Assembly: GCF_006345805.1 (NCBI RefSeq)
Contig: NC_043008.1
Coordinates: forward strand, 44,888,001-44,952,000
Direction: 5' to 3'
Length of the DNA stretch: 64,000 nt
DNA from: Octopus sinensis
Taxonomy: Eukaryota
The translations under genes were made by a program, and so were the position numbers. Numbering within the stretch: the stretch's first letter is position 1; the number at the start of each line of letters is the position of its first letter. Of the stretch, positions 14,040-26,504 are shown piece by piece. The notes beneath the pieces were generated by a model. It was not told where the DNA came from. It saw only the letters and a program-made list of their open reading frames with translations, and ran no database searches.

Positions 14040-14085
14040 GACACCTGATGAAGGCTGGAGGGTATATCAGCCGAAACGTTGTGTT
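14040..14085 (+). ncRNA. minimal type I hammerhead ribozyme (PLE pLTR, about 14005-14110)
   Basis: GACAC-CTGATGA-A-GGCTG gagggtatat CAGCC-GAA-ACGT-T-GTGTT. Stem I GACAC/GTGTT, stem II 5 bp, palindromic stem III ACGT, cleavage triplet GUU. Confidence 0.75.
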
Positions 14086-14108
14086 AACAACAAACAAGAT
14101 GAGGAAAA

Positions 14109-14143
<35 letters not shown>

Positions 14144-14213
14144 TATCTATCTATCATCTATCTATCTATCTATATATCTTCTATCTATCTATCTATCTAT
14201 CATCTATCTATCA

Positions 14214-14306
<93 letters not shown>

Positions 14307-15323
14307 GCATATATACAAGCGTACATACACAGCACAAACTTGTATCAGTGTATGTACTCCTAGAAGAAACGGAAAGCAAGTAACATCGCGTGCAAGAATC
14401 GAACTTCGGCCAGCAGCGGACAGTATCACTGTGATTACCACTACAGTTAAGCAACACAAATATTCAACTATTCAAATTCAATTCAAAATAAGTTCGCTCT
14501 ACCGACGCGTATATAATAACATACATATACATAGACTCACGCACACACACACACACACATACACACACACACACACATATATATACCCATTTATATATTA
14601 TACATATATGTATACACACACACACACATATGTATATATACAAATGTACATACATTTATACACACATGTACGTACACATACACCTACCACACACACACAA
14701 TTGTATACAAATACACATATATTTGTTGCTACAAATACACATATATATATATATATGAATACGTATGCATATATATTTTGACACACACACATATATGTTA
14801 ATTCTTTTGTAATGGATTGGAAAAGACGAAAATAAAATATAAGAGATTAACAAAGAAAGCCACGAATTAATCCTGTTAAAATGTAAATTCATGCTTTTAA
14901 CCAATAAATTTATTTCAATAGAGAAATTCATATATTCATATTTAGAAATGAAATAATTCATACGTGTGATCCGCATAAAAACAATAACGAAGATCATGTT
15001 TCCAGTTTTAATGCACAGATCATAAATATCTGAACAATTAATGAATATTTAATAGGGGAAAAAATATTTTTAAGGGTTGAGTTGTATTGGCTTTGTAGTT
15101 TTCCGACGGGAATTGCAGACATGGCACTTCTGAAGTAGTTTCGTTTAGGTTAGTTGTGCGCCATTATGTCTTGTAGCTTAGTATTTCATCGATAGGAATC
15201 TATAGAGTAATTACCAGTCTGGAATACTCGTTGGAGACGATGAGGCGATTGGCAGAGAAGTCGAATGAATGACAAGAATATATACATACATGCACCCATA
15301 TATTTACATATGTAAATATATGC

Positions 15324-15373
<50 letters not shown>

Positions 15374-15629
15374 GTACAAAATAATACATATGTAAATATA
15401 TACGTATATGCACATATATATGTGTGTTCACACACATACACACACACATACATACATATATATATATATATGTATGTATATATATATATACACACACACT
15501 CATATGCACAAAATCCATACATACATATATTGTATCAAAAGTTGACACTCTACTCAATATTTCGCTCCGAGTGTATAAGTATGTTTGTCGATTTATCTAT
15601 CGAACTATCGGTCAACTAGTCAATCAATA

Positions 15630-15669
<40 letters not shown>

Positions 15670-15673
15670 TATG

Positions 15674-15767
<94 letters not shown>

Positions 15768-15769
<2 letters not shown>

Positions 15770-16320
15770 AGGCTGAGTCAATAGGAATCAACGTTTTGAA
15801 GCATGAAATTCATCACGATATATTTCAACAACGCGGAAATTTTATTCAACAAAGTGAGTACCATTACAAGCAGCACATTTTTACCAAAGAGTTACAAGTT
15901 TGTTGATTCTGGTAACGTAAACATCTGGAGCTGATGAACTCTTTGAACGCACTTTCAGCATTGGTTTGGTTTTTGAACACCTTCTCTCGCAGAAAACTAT
16001 CAAGTTACTTGAAAAAGTGGTAGTCGATGGGAGAAAGGTTTGAGGAATATGCTAGGTGGGGTAGGAACTTCATAGCATCATTAGTGAAACGTGTGGTCGA
16101 GCATTGTCACGAACAATGATTGGCCCTCTTCTGTTGACCAGTCTGGGACGGAGGAGTACCATTTTTTGGTTCATTTTGGCAATTTCATGGCATTATGTTT
16201 CTGTGATTATGTTTTTTCCGGGTTTAAAGAAGTTATGAGTCCAGTAGTACACCACCAAATAGTCACCATAACCTTCTTTTTAAAGAGCTTGAGTTTAGGG
16301 AAGGTTTTCGATGCTTGTTC
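15768..16320 (-). mobile_element. mariner transposase C-terminal half with 3' terminus
   Basis: KKKVMVTIWWC, IVRDNARPHVS and AYSSNLSPIDYHFF (YSPDLSPxD-like) motifs. The terminus follows TA at 15766-15767. Frameshifted. Confidence 0.85.
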
Positions 16321-16589
16321 GCTGATATCGGATTCCAGGGCTCACCTAAAGGGCCGAAAAAGCAAAGTCGTACGCGGCGACATATGAATGAAATGCTGCT
16401 AAGCCTATTTGTGCGGCGTGGAAACGATTGAGTTCGCTGACCGCCTTCAAACGAAGATGTAAATAAAAGCAACAGAACAAACCGTTGAATAGAAAAAAAA
16501 ATCGAAGTTCTGCGAACAACCACCGACTTTATTGTATTTAATCCAAGGGTTATAATTTATATACTTCAAGTTCAACCTCAGCCGTTATA

Positions 16590-17001
16590 TCTGTTTCTTT
16601 ATTGCCCACAGGGGGCTAAACATAGAGGGGACAAACAGGAACAGGCAAAAGGATTAAGTCGATTATATCGATCCCAGTGCGTAACTGGTAAACTGGTACT
16701 TATTTAATCGACCCCGAAAGGATGAAAGGCAAAGTCCACCCCGGCGGAATTTGATCTCAGAACGTAGCGGCAGACGAAATACCTCTTTCTTTACTACCCA
16801 CAAGGGCTAAACACAGGGAGGACAAACGGATTAAGTCGATTATATCGACCCCAGTGCGTAACTGGTACTTATTTAATCGACCCCGAAAGGATAAAAGGCA
16901 AAGTCGACATCGGCGGAATTTGAACTCAGAACGTAACGGCAGACGAACTACCGCTAAGCATTTCGCCCGGCGTGCTAACGTTTCTGCCCACTCGCTGCCT
17001 T
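16590..17001 (-). mobile_element. two tandem SINE family B copies (first 5'-truncated)
   Basis: Repeated ACTGGTACTTATTTAATCGACCCCGAAAGGAT.AAAGGCAAAGTC (MetaSINE-like central domain, by recall). The second copy ends with the AAGGCAGCGAGTGGGCAGAAACG head. Confidence 0.85.
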
Positions 17002-17484
17002 GTACATAAAATACGTTGGAGTCCTGCAAGCAACCGACTTTATTTTCTTAATCCAAGGGTTTCTTTTCTCAAACAAATATCCTACACGTTATTATTTAAG
17101 TACTTCGAATTAAACCTCCTCCATTATAAATATTTTACACCAAATACGTTTTCAAGTAATAGAATATTTTCTTCAAAGCAGACGATATTCAGATGTTGTT
17201 CTTTGATGCATTAGAAACGTTACAAAGAAGCTATTACGTTGGTTATCTTCAAACATTGTGTTGGTGTTGCATTATCATTTACTAATACGATTAATGTAGT
17301 CGTGGGAAGGTCTTTTCCTGAAATGTCTTTCTATGAAATAAATAATATTTTCCTGATATAATGTTTTCAAATTGAAGTCATTCAGTAATGTTGATATTAC
17401 ATTGACAACAATATATATGAATACCAGTCACAAAAAAATGGTCACCTCTCTCTCTCCTCTCTCTCACCCTCCATCCCTATCCTA

Positions 17485-17519
<35 letters not shown>

Positions 17520-17581
17520 GTGTTTAATTATCTCTGTCTCTCTGTCAATCAATCGATCAGTCTGCTTTTCTACCTGTCCTA

Positions 17582-17624
<43 letters not shown>

Positions 17625-18130
17625 CTCCCCTCTCTCTTATATATACATATATATCATATTATGTTCAGGTAGTAAAAATTAAAAATATAATTGAAAATTA
17701 TTAAGATTATGCCTTAATAACCGTGAAATTTAAAGCGTTGATATGATATTGATGAGAGTAAAACCGCTAGTGTCAATAGATTGTTGTTTTGAAATGATTC
17801 CACAGCAAATTTCATCCTGATTTTTTGATGCCCGGAAGGGAATGGGTGAAGAAAAAGTTCTTTCAAAGACAGGAGAGCGCAAGAGGAGTATGTGTATGTA
17901 TGTATGGGTATGTGCGTACGAACAGGCCTCTGTGTGTGTGGATGTGTGTATGTGTGTATGTGTGTAATGATAGCACGTGTGTATGTGTGTGTGTGTGTGT
18001 GGTTGTGGCTGTTAATCTGTGTGTGGTTGGCTTAGTATCGTTTAAGGTCATAGGAAGAATGATAGTAGAAGTGGTTCCTGTTGTGTCTCTATCTACCCGT
18101 GCGCGTAGGTTGTTGAGAGAGACATACCGT

Positions 18131-18164
<34 letters not shown>

Positions 18165-18939
18165 GAGAGTGTGTGTGTGTGTACGAAAGATGGATAAATA
18201 AGTAGTGTTGTCTCCTTAGTAACTAACAAGTTTCGATTAAAAGGGCGGGAGTTTTAAGTGCACGTCTATCAACACAATGCCACACAGACTCCAGGGAAAG
18301 ACTATATGTATATCTATATAAAACATATAGTTGTTTATTTTTTTAGGTGTGTGTGTGTGTGTGTGTTTCTGTATGTCTTTCAACATATCGAGAACGGAAT
18401 ACAGACTTTAAAAAAGGACTTTCGCTTTGAACAATTTATGAAGGTACGTGCAGGATTAACAAACATTTTCACGGCAGCGTAGCGATGGGTGACGATATAG
18501 CAATAACAAAAGTCGAGATTAGCTCCGCAAGTGAAAATACTGTCAATGGAACTATAATTAACTTCCAAGATAGAGACTGAACTATGAAGAATAATGAAAT
18601 AAAGAAAACTCCAAGAATGTTTAGACAAACATTATGAATTCCACTACAAAAGAAAATTAATTTTACCAAGATCAAGAAATCTATACTGCCGCTAGGTAAA
18701 CTAATAATATTAATAATGGCAACACCAGCACCACACGAAAACCATCGACTCCGAAGTAAATAAGACACATGACAGACTTCCTATCGACATTTGGGTAGGC
18801 GTCTTGGAAGTGCAATGTTCTGATATTCTTGTCATATAAGCTCTGTTAAAGACATTGTAAATGAGACGGTTATTTTCAATAGATATTAAAAACACACATA
18901 TATTGATTGGCATGTAAATGAGCACATCTTCCAAACTCA

Positions 18940-19330
18940 TATGTACAAAGTGACAAGAAAGTTATTGGATGACAGATGTACGTAAAGGCATTTAAAGGGG
19001 AAACATTGTTGATAATTTATTCCAAGAATGATGAATTGCAGGAACATGACAGAAGTATTTCGTTTTTGGATTTCGTTTGCAAGATTCTTTATATGAGTTC
19101 GTGTGTTGAAGCATATTCTGTTGTGCCTGGGGAGAGTCATTTTCTTTTTGTGCCTTATAATGTAACACACTAGCCGGTAAAATTTCCACTTATTTCTTTA
19201 CTGTTGAAAAGGTTGCAAGACGCAACAAAAATTTTAGGAAAATAAAAATAAGAATTAAGAAATTACCGGTGAGTGTGTTACATTATGAGGCACAAAAAGA
19301 AAATGATTCTCCCCAGACACAACAGAAGAT
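18940..19330. mobile_element. Penelope-like element insertion with outward-pointing arms (65-bp inverted repeat)
   Basis: 19116-19180 and 19263-19327 are inverted repeats with 5 mismatches. The minus arm continues into an ORF start, MTLPRHNRICFNTRTHIKNLANEIQKRNTSVMFLQFII. A hammerhead-like motif lies between the arms. Confidence 0.65.
19191..19245 (+). ncRNA. degenerate hammerhead motif with CUGUUGA core
   Basis: CTGTTGA-AAAG-GTTGC aagac GCAAC-AAAAATTTTA-GGAAAATA. Stem II is perfect, GAAA is mutated and stem I is only partly paired. Confidence 0.4.
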
Positions 19331-19811
19331 GACAGAATAAAATACAAAAATATTTAACATCTTGCGCAGAAAAGGTGCAGTTTACCTGTCTTTCATAGTG
19401 ACATGCACAGCACTTTTCACATCCTGGATTAAAGGCTACAATCAAGATTCAATATGACCACCCGAAGCACATCCTTCGGTATAGGAACATCCATTTCTTT
19501 TATTAAAGCTTAGAGTTTTTCAATTTAGTAAATGAAGTAAAATTACCTACCTGTAAGACATTGCCACATGCAATCCAACAACATGCATGAAGAAATTCAT
19601 TTACCAAGAAGTACCATCTTCCATTCTGTTTTGAAAGGAAGATGTCGTGATGGAATGGCTACATAAATTCATTTAGAATGACACTCTGAAATACGAGGTA
19701 ACACTTAAACTCGGATAGTGATATAGTGATACGACAAATGAAATCTGTAATAGCATATAGTCCGCAAACCAAAGCACACACACATGTATAATGCATACGT
19801 ATAAATATATA

Positions 19812-19975
19812 TATATTTCGTTTTTGGATTTGGTTTGCAAGATTCTTTATGTGAGTTCGTGTGATGAAGCATTTAAACAAATTTCTATATAAAAAAGAAA
19901 TAAGTACAAATTTACCGGTGAGTGTGTTAAATTATAAGGCATCGAAAGAGAATGACTCTCCCCAGACGAAACAGA

Positions 19976-19979
<4 letters not shown>
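19812..19979. mobile_element. PLE insertion of the same family as 18940-19330, inverted without overlap, in (TA)n
   Basis: The minus arm (about 19812-19872) encodes KCFITRTHIKNLANQIQKRN. The plus arm (about 19875-19979) matches 19250-19330 and ends at AACAGAATAT followed by (TA)n. Confidence 0.7.
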
Positions 19980-20006
<27 letters not shown>

Positions 20007-20891
20007 CTTACAAACCTTAACATTTTCAAGCAATCAGCGATGCAGAAAACTTTTCAATAGAAACAACATTAAGATGAATTACAGCTGTACAATTAACTTG
20101 AAAAATCCTGACAACGTGTACACTGAAGACAACTATACACAGAAATGTTAGAAACCTGACCCATACCGCTTAAAATGATATACTTTTGTATTTCTGTAGG
20201 TTAGTAGTGATAGATATATTTACGCTAAAATTTACTATTCACAGATGTCCCCAATTCGCAAAGAAAGCTAGCGTATGGAAATCAGATCATTTTCAAAGTT
20301 TGTCAGAAATATTATTGAACAATTAATTAAAAATTAATTTCTGTTAAATAGACTTCTATAAACATCGATATATCCACCTACATGATTATCAAAATATCAA
20401 GGAATCTCATAACAAATTCACGTTTTCTGTTTTTATCAATTTCCTCATTACATACAAACTAGTTTGATAATTGCCAACGCACGAAATTTCCGGCCGTTGA
20501 GTCACTATATGTATGTATGTATGTATATAGGCCAACAGTAGCACATATAAACACTTACTAATACGTATGTCTGTATAGATAGAGGGATAAAGCGATTGAA
20601 AGATTGACAAGAAGGAGAGAAAGGGGAAATAGGACAGAATCGCAATAGTTATTCATTTTAATTCAGGATCCATCGAGGAAACAGGAAATTTAAGAAACAA
20701 TCGATTATTAACACCATCATGGTTTCCCTGGCAACAGATAGCCATTTTTGCAACAAGTCTCGCTTTAGAATTTAATGCAGAAGGTGTATATTTGTGGCAA
20801 CCGAATAAATTTTAAATTACGTTTGACTTCAATATATATATATACATACATACATACACACACACCACACACACACACACACACACCACAC

Positions 20892-20986
<95 letters not shown>

Positions 20987-21001
20987 GTCTCATGTATATA
21001 T

Positions 21002-21324
21002 ATATTGTTATATTTCGGAATGGTCATTTTGCCAGTTTAGCCAATAAAAACACACGCACTATATATTTGGTGTTACTTTGCTTCAGTGTTATTTATTTTT
21101 TACATTAATCTTAATCTTATTTCGGCCAGAGTTCTTTCGTCACACTCCTGTGAGCGCATCAGTGGTCCTTTGTTTTCTTCTTTCTTATTTGTGTCTCTCC
21201 TTACTAACCGTCAACCATTTTGCATTTATTGGCTAAACTGGCAAAATGACCATTCCGAAATATAACAATATCTGTTTCAACACACGACTTCACATAAAAA
21301 ATCTTGCACAACAAATATATAAAC

Positions 21325-21329
<5 letters not shown>
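21002..21329. mobile_element. PLE insertion with a perfect 47-bp inverted repeat, flanked by (TA)n on both sides
   Basis: 21002-21048 is the exact reverse complement of 21225-21271. The plus arm continues into MTIPKYNNICFNTRLHIKNLAQQIYKRT (track ORF at 21246), homologous to the ORF start at 18937-19170. Confidence 0.75.
21124..21168 (-). ncRNA. degenerate minimal hammerhead
   Basis: Minus strand: GGACCA-CTGATGC-G(C)TCAC aggagt GTGAC-GAA-AGAACT-C-TGGCC. All three stems are recognisable and A9 is mutated. Confidence 0.55.
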
Positions 21330-21373
<44 letters not shown>

Positions 21374-21674
21374 GTATATATATATGTATATATATGTATA
21401 CATACATATATATTATATATATATATATATGGCAAATGAAAGACTGAAGATGGAATATACGAGCACAGCCAGATACTCCTGAACCACTTGTTGAGTGTCC
21501 CACCCAAGGGGAATCGATGCTAGATGTGTCGAAACAATTGTCGTGATTAATAATAAGTTCTCGTATATTGTCCATCTTCCGTTTCTCATTTATATAACGA
21601 TCACTGTGAAAGTGACCGTGCTTTACCAGTAAGATAATAAAACCATTCGTTTTTTTATCCAATATATACTCTTC

Positions 21675-21872
21675 ACTCTTTTACTTGTTTCAGTCATTTG
21701 ACTGTGGCCATGCTGGAGCACCACCTTTAGTCGAGCAAATCGACCCCAGGACTTATTCTTTGTAAGCCTAGTACTTATTCTATCGGTATCGTCTGCCGAA
21801 CCGCTAAGTTACCGGGACATAAACACACCAGCATCGTTTATCAAGCGATGTTGGGTGGACAAACACAGACAC
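21675..21872 (-). mobile_element. SINE family A, 3' half
   Basis: ACTCTTTTACTTGTTTCAGTCATTTGACTG.GGCCATGCTGGAGCACC... Confidence 0.85.
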
Positions 21873-22031
21873 AATATATGCTGCCTTCTCAGCGTTTCTT
21901 TTCTTGTTCAATTTTTTTAGTTCGTGATGTTATGTGGTCTGTGCATGACGAATATGTTTCAGATATTTCTCAACATGAAACTATTAGTATCACTTAGAGA
22001 CTTGTATTTTGTTCTTTAAATAATATATGGG

Positions 22032-22400
22032 TGGAAGCACTCCGTCGGTTACGACGACGAGGGTTCCGGTTGATCCGAATCAACGGAACAGCCTGCTCGT
22101 GAAATTAACGTGTAAGCGGCTGAGCACTCCACAGACACGTGTACCCTTAACGTAGTTCTCGGGGATATTCAGCGTGACACAGAGAGTGACAAGACCGGCC
22201 CTTTTGAAATACAGATACAACAGAAACAGGAAGTAAGAGTGAGAGAAAGTTGTGGTGAGAGAGTACAGCAGGGATCACCACCATCCCCTGCCGGAGTCTC
22301 GTGGAGCTTTAGGTGTTTTCGCTCAATAAACACTCACAACGCCCGGTCTGGGAATCGAAACCGCGATCCTATGATCGCGAGTCCGCTGCCCTAACCAGTT
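22032..22400 (-). mobile_element. SINE family C with long tail, slightly 5'-truncated
   Basis: Head, B-box and body as at 908. Tail GTAACCGACGGAGTGCTTCCA is shared with 49533-49756. Confidence 0.85.
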
Positions 22401-22401
22401 G

Positions 22402-22500
22402 GAGCTATGCTCGAAACGTCAAAAACTCTCTCTTTTACGAAGCGTCAAATAAATACATTCCATGTTCACGTCCACTTGTTTCTTATTCTTATTTTTAATT
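22402..22500 (+). mobile_element. PLE pLTR fragment beginning with the 3' half of a hammerhead
   Basis: GAGC tat GCTC-GAAACGTC at 22402-22420. The CUGANGA half is missing at the SINE junction. Confidence 0.5.
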
Positions 22501-23270
22501 TTAGTTTATCGATTTGAATATGTGTGTGCGTGAGTGTTTGTGCGCGTGTATATCTGCATGTATTTAGTTATGTATGTATATACATGCATATATTTAGTTA
22601 TGTATATATATATATACATATACTAATATATAAATGTATAAACGTGTGCATACATGCATTTATACATATCTAATCAACTTTCTGTACGCTTGCATATATA
22701 CATATACACATACATACATACATATTTATATATATAAATATATATAAACACATGTGTACATACATACATACATACATGCATACGTACCCATATATGCAGA
22801 TGCACACACACATATACACACGCACACACACAAACATATATATGTGTGTATCTGTGTGTATATGTACTTAAAATGCTGTGACCAATACACGTTCTCACAA
22901 AATAAAAAGGCAAAGAGGTACTTGTTATTTCTCTATATCTAGTATTGCGTTCTCCATTTTCTCGTTGCATAATGTTTTCATTTAAAACACACATACACAC
23001 CTACACATACGTATTGGTACAATGAAGAGATGTTGTGTTCCATTGTTCCAACAATAAATTACGATTATTTTTACTACTTCTTTTTTAGTCAAATATTTTT
23101 TTTTTGGTCTGGAATATTATAAAGACTGGACCAGTTCTTGCCAGTACGAAACAGGAGAAATACGATCCGTTGTAATCCAATGCTTTAATGCAGTTTTGCT
23201 GTTACGGGACAGATTGAATCGACTAATTACAACTCATGGTAATGATATCAGTCGCCATCTTGAAAAAATG

Positions 23271-23338
<68 letters not shown>

Positions 23339-23391
23339 TATATATATATATTTATATGTATGTATATGTATGTGTATGTATATGTATGTGT

Positions 23392-23426
<35 letters not shown>

Positions 23427-23764
23427 GTATTTATGTATATATATATATATACACATACAATATGCATATGTATATATATGTATATATATATACATATAGA
23501 TATATGTACATGTATACATACATATACATACATACATGCATATGTATATATATTTATATATATATATGTATATACATGTATATATACATGTGTGTGTGTA
23601 TGTATAATCATGATTAGCATAAGCGAAAACGCCCGGCAATGTAAATATTTCTTTACACAGATTTACATATTTTTCCAACATAAAATTTCTGTGCATTGTC
23701 CTTTTCATATTTTTTACTACAATTTACCACATGGAATGTTTTCTCGAACCTTATAACCACATGT

Positions 23765-23935
23765 GAATCGTTGGCGATTTTTTTCCTCCGTCTTCCTTTT
23801 CTATTGGACTTTCCTCTGTTTCTGAACCCGAAACGCTAAATCACCTTTCTTTCCTTCACTGCTAATACTTTACACCTACCACGTCCTTGCGTTGTTGTTT
23901 TTTCGTGCGTTTGTTCTTCGATTTTTGATTTACTC
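23765..23935 (+). mobile_element. probable PLE pLTR relic, hammerhead with stem II deleted
   Basis: TTTCTGAA-CCC-GAAACGCTAAA. The downstream TAATAC...CCACGTCC resembles 22445-22475. Confidence 0.3.
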
Positions 23936-23936
23936 C

Positions 23937-24006
<70 letters not shown>

Positions 24007-24008
<2 letters not shown>

Positions 24009-24233
24009 TTCAGCAAAATTTAGATTCAGATGAATATGGTACTTAAGTTAGATGCACCAGAATTTTGTATGGTGTTATCCATATAAATCCATGGGGTGAT
24101 TATAATCAAAATAAGCTACAAGAATATCTCCGGTAATTTGGTACGATCGTTTCACAATATTTAATAAAATGATGTAGCGTGAAACGATCGTACCAAATTA
24201 CCGGAGATATTCTTGTTGCTTATTTTGATTATA
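24007..24233. mobile_element. PLE insertion with a 55-bp inverted repeat whose arms both start with a hammerhead 3' half
   Basis: 24101-24155 and 24179-24233 are inverted with 1 mismatch and a 23-nt spacer. Each arm reads GT-GAA-ACGATCGT-A-CCAAA. The left arm extends about 95 bp further to (TA)n. Confidence 0.65.
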
Positions 24234-24719
24234 TATATGCTTTTAGCAACGTTCTCTTTACCCTAAGCATTCAGACCAGATCTACAATTCGGGTTCAATT
24301 TACGGTTTATCCTGCATTCTCCTTCAAACTTTGAGGTAAAACATGGTCCCCATCAAGTCCTCCTGCTTGGCAAGTCTTGCGAAGTTAATTTTTACCATTT
24401 TTCTTATGCCGTTTATTTACGAAAAACAATTGTAGGAAGGTGCAGTTTACTGCTGTAAAATCTCAAGTGTACTGCATAACTGATGAGCATTTCAATAGGT
24501 TGGAACTTCCCTAACATTGATCGAAATGTAATTGTTGAAAGTATAACACGGTATGCAACTTTCTTCAAGTAAGAAGTCAGTTACCAACCCCTATATAATG
24601 CTTCTGATTACCTCCCCCTACCAATGATTCCTTTCACTTTTAGTAATAAATGAATCTAACAAATATTTACCAACAGAGCCATGGAAATTTCACCTTTAAT
24701 TAACCTTCTTATTTGTATT

Positions 24720-24930
24720 TCAGTATGCGAAGTTATTGATTGATCTTCGTGAATCTTTTATTGTGTTAAAGATTTTGATAATGTCTTCGATTTCGTTCCA
24801 TACTTAGGATAGCTCAATGCCTAACACTGGAAAACACTCCGTGACAGGCGGAACAATATATTATATTGATTTGTGCGTTGTTATGCAACTAACCTTTTGT
24901 GTAGCTACAGTAATGTCTGGTGGGTGTTAG
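24720..24930 (+). pseudogene. possible very old CR1/L2 RT fragment
   Basis: KDFDNVFDFVPY..W..LRDR weakly resembles LDFxKAFDxVPH..W..FLxDR. Many stops. Confidence 0.25.
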
Positions 24931-26356
24931 TTTTAAAACACGAGTACGTGTGTTCACGCTCAAAGTTTGGAGGCTTTCGATTGAATTTATGTATTAGAGG
25001 TGTGTAAAATAAATAACTGTGCGTATATTACAATGATAGATTACTAACGACATCGGAGGAACTTATATGTGGTCACTTGACCTGCTAGAAATAGTAGCAG
25101 TATTTCACTGAAAGCACACCCCTCTGTTTTTAGAAAAGAGCACCCTGTATAGTATAGTTCTAGTTTAGCAAACAGAATGGACATAGATGGAGCGCCTTTT
25201 ATCAAAGTTGTACTCAAACAGGGCTAACCCTGGGTTAAACAACACCACCAAAAATAACAATATCACAAATACTTCAGTATTGCATCACCATAATCAATAT
25301 GGCGAGCAGACAGAATCATGTAATCATACGTGTTTCTATCGCTAGCGATAGATATACATCCGCCATCTCCGCTGGGACTTCCTGATCACGTGATTTCAGC
25401 CTTTCTTGGGCTTGTCATAAAATACGCTTGCAATTTTGTCTTGTATTTTCCGAGTTCAAAACTCGCCGAGGTCAACTTTGCCTTTTATTCTTCTACAGAT
25501 AAAGTATCCATAGAGAACTGAAACACACGGTATCGGCTAAGCTTCTCTCCTCGAAATCGTTTTGCCATTGTATCACTGTAATGATTATTTATATTGATAG
25601 GATTTCAAAACCAATTACCGCCCGAAGAAGGTAAGAAGAAACGATTCCGATATATCATTGTCACTTCTATAATCAAATCAGAAAGGTTAAATTCAAAGCG
25701 GACTTTAAGCATGGTTTGAAATCAGAAACGGCAGAAACAAGATGAATAATTGTAATGCATTTACAATGACACATTACTTTAACAAACAACAATAAGAGCA
25801 GAACAAGCGATCGTAATGTCAATTAACCTCAGATTCCAATAAATCTTGGGCATTAATCTAAGCAATTTCCATTAAAATCAGTGCCTTAAAGTGAACCGGA
25901 AAGTCGTATTGATGAATAATAATTAAATACAAGACAGATTATATTCATTGATATTTAGTGAAAAAAAGAGAGAAAAAAATCGTAATTACAGTTATAGCGA
26001 TATTGGATTGCGTTTTACCTTGTTTATTAGCAGGAAGTGGTAAAATTGATTGAAGAGTGTTGGTCTATTATCTGACTTCTAATCATTGTTCTTCAAAATC
26101 TGATGACGATTATAACATTGAAGTCTGAGCTCTGAATTTTGTCGATAGAAAATAGGAGAGGAGCCGTTAACGAAGGTAAATTGTGGAAATAAAACTTGAT
26201 TATCTCTATCAAGAAACTGATGCAATGATAATCTATACTAAAACTACTCATTACATAGATGAGAGTATGTAACCGTTTACTAAAAGAAAGCAATTATTAA
26301 AGACTACAACGTCTAGAAAATTCTTACAAAATCTAGTTTTAATATAGCATTTGTTT

Positions 26357-26495
26357 TAAAGCGGCGAACTGGCAGAAACGTTAGCACGCGGGGCGAAATG
26401 CTTAGCGGTGTTTCGTCTGTCTTTATGTTCTGAGTTCAAATTTCACAGAGAGCGACTTTGCCTTTTGGGGTCGATAAATTAAGTACCATAGCAGA
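26357..26495 (+). mobile_element. SINE family B, 5' part
   Basis: AAAGCGGCGAACTGGCAGAAACGTTAGCACG...CTGAGTTCAAAT...GGGGTCGATAAATTAAGTACCA. Confidence 0.8.
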
Positions 26496-26504
26496 TACAG
26501 GAAT

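Noticed and set aside
14375-14460. Minus-strand tRNA-like A/B boxes (also at about 42115-42170)
   Set aside because: No cloverleaf can be folded. At most a decayed SINE head, not a tRNA gene.
19386-19658. Possible minus-strand exon pair (19551-19658 and 19386-19435) with AG/GT ends
   Set aside because: The spliced peptide (PFHHDIFLSKQNGRWYFLVNEF...) matches nothing I recognise, and such splice-like ends are common by chance. RNA-seq or BLASTX would decide.
19116-24233. Calling the 65-, 47- and 55-bp inverted repeats MITE TIRs
   Set aside because: There are no TSDs, one arm always continues into further element sequence, and hammerhead parts or ORF starts are embedded, which fits PLE inversions better.
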